From Phoronis australis (lineage: Eukaryota; Animalia; Phoronida): a stretch of 64,000 nucleotides of DNA. Under the pieces are notes generated by a model. The model was given only the letters and a program-made list of their open reading frames with translations. It ran no database searches and had not been told where the DNA came from. The translations under genes were made by a program, and so were the position numbers. This document shows positions 61,561 through 64,000 of the stretch, one piece after another. Where the stretch lies: NCBI GenBank assembly GCA_002633005.1, contig NMRA01000028.1, forward strand, positions 542,183 to 606,182. Direction: 5' to 3'. Each line of letters begins with the position of its first letter. Position 1 is the stretch's first letter.

Positions 61561-63566
61561 GGCTAAAAGAACAAACAATAGGCCTTTAACTCGCACAAAA
61601 TCAGTCTCATAATAGTATTCCTTTCCATGATGAGACTTCCGTTCCATCTCAAATCACAAGCAGTCCGTTTGTGCACCTCCATTTGTGCACCTCCGTTCGT
61701 GTACCTGTCTCAAATTTGCAGTTTGGTTGGATTGCCACAGTACACTGGGAAGGGTTTCTTGAATCCGCGGATGGTTTCTATGTTCTTGTTGCTAACAGAA
61801 ATGGAATTGTGATTGCATCAAGGAATGTTATGAGACTGATTTCATGAGATTAATACGCCCAATTGGATTTTCGTTGTTTAGCCACCTGAGTGTGATGAAT
61901 TGCAGCTTTGAGTGAAATTTGATTTTGTCCCTGTGTTTGGGTAAAACTAAGTTGATTTTTTGTTTGATAAATGGCAAAGTCACCTAATCCTAATTGTGGT
62001 TTAAACATTTCATGTCTTGGTACTATGATTCACAGTACCATAGGAGAGACTATGAAAATTAAGATATTCCAAAAAGTTTATTGTGATGTAAATTTCTATA
62101 TGGTAGTACTGTATTCCTTAATTTTTCACTCAGTGTCATCATAGATTATAGACAACAGATTCGCAACTCCGGCATATTCTTACGAGCTGAGTTGAACTCT
62201 CCTGACCTATCTGCTGCAGTTTCCGGTCAGTGTAATTTGACGAGAAATACCTGCATCTACTTTACTGTCCAAAACAGCGAAAAAAACATTAATTTATATT
62301 AATTTCGGTATTGAAACGCTTTTCAAAGTCTTTCAATAGTAGAAGTGTTGGTATTGTGAGTACTTTTGGCAATGCTACTGGTAATTAATTTCAAAATNGC
62401 AAGAGTGTTTCTCTTATACAAAAAGAATTCAAAAACTGATGTCAGTAATTGCAGACCAGTTTCAAGTTGAAGTGTGATGTCTAAGGTTTTGACAGAGTAG
62501 TATTTAACCAATTGTGTGTATATCTAGTCAATTCCAACCTGTTATGTGCATTTCAATTAGGGGTTTGACAATCATGTTCCACTGACACGTGTATTGTCCA
62601 GCCTACTGATTACATAGCGTTTAAAATTGACAGTGAAAATCTTGTGGGAATAGTTTTGTATACTTAGAAAAAGCTTTTGATTCTGTCAATCACAACATAA
62701 TCATTGGAAAATTGGATGCAATTGGTCTGAATAACCTCGCTTCACGTCAGTATTCGACAGAAACAGCTCGTTGATCTTCATGGAGAAAAATGCTGTTTTG
62801 AGATGATAAGTTGTGAAGTATTACAAGGACCCATCCTTGATTGGGCCACTTGTCAATGATCTGGAATTGGTCATTACATGTAAACTAGTGTAAACTGATC
62901 TGTAACTCTTTCTGATCTCTAGTAAGACACATAGTGATATGAAAATGTTTCATTGGCAGATGAACTCAAAGCTGAATTTCAACCTGTTTGGCTAAAAGAA
63001 CAAATAATAGGCCTTTAACTCGCACAAAATCAGTCTCATAATAGTATTCCTTTCCATGATGAGACTTCCGTTCCATCTCAAATCACAAGCAGTCCGTTTG
63101 TGCACCTCCGTTTGTACACCTCCGTTCGTGTACCTGTCTCAAATTTGCAGTTTGGTTGGATTGCCACAGTACACTGGGAAGGGTTTCTTGAATCCACGGA
63201 TGGTTTCTATGTTCTTGTTGCTAACAGAAATGGAATTGTGATTGCATCAAGGAATGTTATGAGACTGATTTCATGAGATTAATATGCCCAATTGGATTTT
63301 CGTTGTTTAGCCACCTGAGTGTGATGAATTGCAGCTTTGAGTGAAATTTGATTTTGTCCCTGTGTTTGGGTAAAACTAAGTTGATTTTGTTTGATTAATG
63401 GCAAAGTCACCTAATCCTAATCGTGGTTTAAACATTTCCTGTCTTGGTACTATGATTCACAGTACCATAGGAGAGACTATGAAAATTAAGATATTCCAAA
63501 AAGTTTATTGTGATGTAAATTTCTATATGGTAGTACTGTATTCCTTAATTTTTCACTCAGTGTCAT
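60970..63566. repeat. Near-identical duplication across a single N (probable haplotype overlap)
   Basis: 60970-62139 vs 62399-63566, N at 62398. Confidence 0.8.
61710..61791 (-). CDS. Candidate terminal exon of a - strand gene entering from the right (NKNIETIRGFKKPFPVYCGNPTKLQI*); duplicate at 63139-63220
   Basis: Acceptor ttccatttctgttag; the one difference I see between the two copies within the exon is synonymous (CGC/CGT). Confidence 0.3.
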
Positions 63567-64000
63567 TACAATAGTTACTACTGGTATTACGCCGCCTATC
63601 TAAAACATGCTAAATCTAAACTTCACATTTCACATACCGGTATCAAAAATATCAGTTTTGTTCTGAACCTGCGGAATAGCTTTTTAAATGTTAAGTTTTA
63701 AAAATCTTACTTATGTTGATTAAGTGCTGAGTTAAATGAAGCCTCCAATAACAAATCTGATAATTTCTGGTTCTTTATAAACTTTGATGGTCATAACACT
63801 TAAATTTCACTCCACCGCATGGTAGTTGTAGAAATACCTTTGCTAAACTGTTACGTACTATAATATAACTTATTCAACTCATTAAACAAAATTTTTAATA
63901 ATATGATGTTAGATGACAAATTTATTAATATATTAATTTTTTTCAATACTTTATGTAGGTTACTAATTTTCATTTACACTTTTGTTAATTTATTTAATGT

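Noticed and set aside
45077-63566. Three 1.2-1.5 kb tandem duplications as real segmental duplications
   Set aside because: Each pair is separated by an N or an N gap and differs only by scattered SNPs and small indels, which is typical of uncollapsed allelic contig ends in a heterozygous assembly.

Overview
AT-rich, repeat-dense draft-assembly window from an invertebrate animal genome (long GT-AG introns, metazoan transposon families, N gaps); it is not prokaryotic, and most short ORFs in the six-frame track are spurious. By reading splice sites by hand I reconstructed three intron-containing genes. (1) A 9-exon + strand gene (10060-22986, 442 aa) whose N-terminal ~245 aa align almost without gaps to the fungal eisosome BAR protein Pil1/Lsp1 as I recall that sequence, followed by a tail rich in Tyr (SH2-type) and PxPxPR (SH3-type) motifs. 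This is the main finding. (2) A 60-aa secreted prepropeptide gene on the - strand (1892-5490), with a diverged paralogous exon in inverted orientation at ~7797-7936. (3) A ~819-aa largely disordered protein (29811-54285) with an ATG-only first coding exon and a cluster of C-terminal short linear motifs. The rest is a decayed Gypsy (Mag-like) LTR retrotransposon, a solo LTR, a Kolobok THAP deletion derivative, ISL2EU/Harbinger-, pogo-, Merlin-, MULE- and hAT-like non-autonomous elements, a Helentron-like repeat with CTCF-like motifs, a decayed CR1/L2-type LINE, minisatellites, and three gap-flanking duplications that are probably assembly artefacts. All homology calls come from memory of family motifs, not from database searches.
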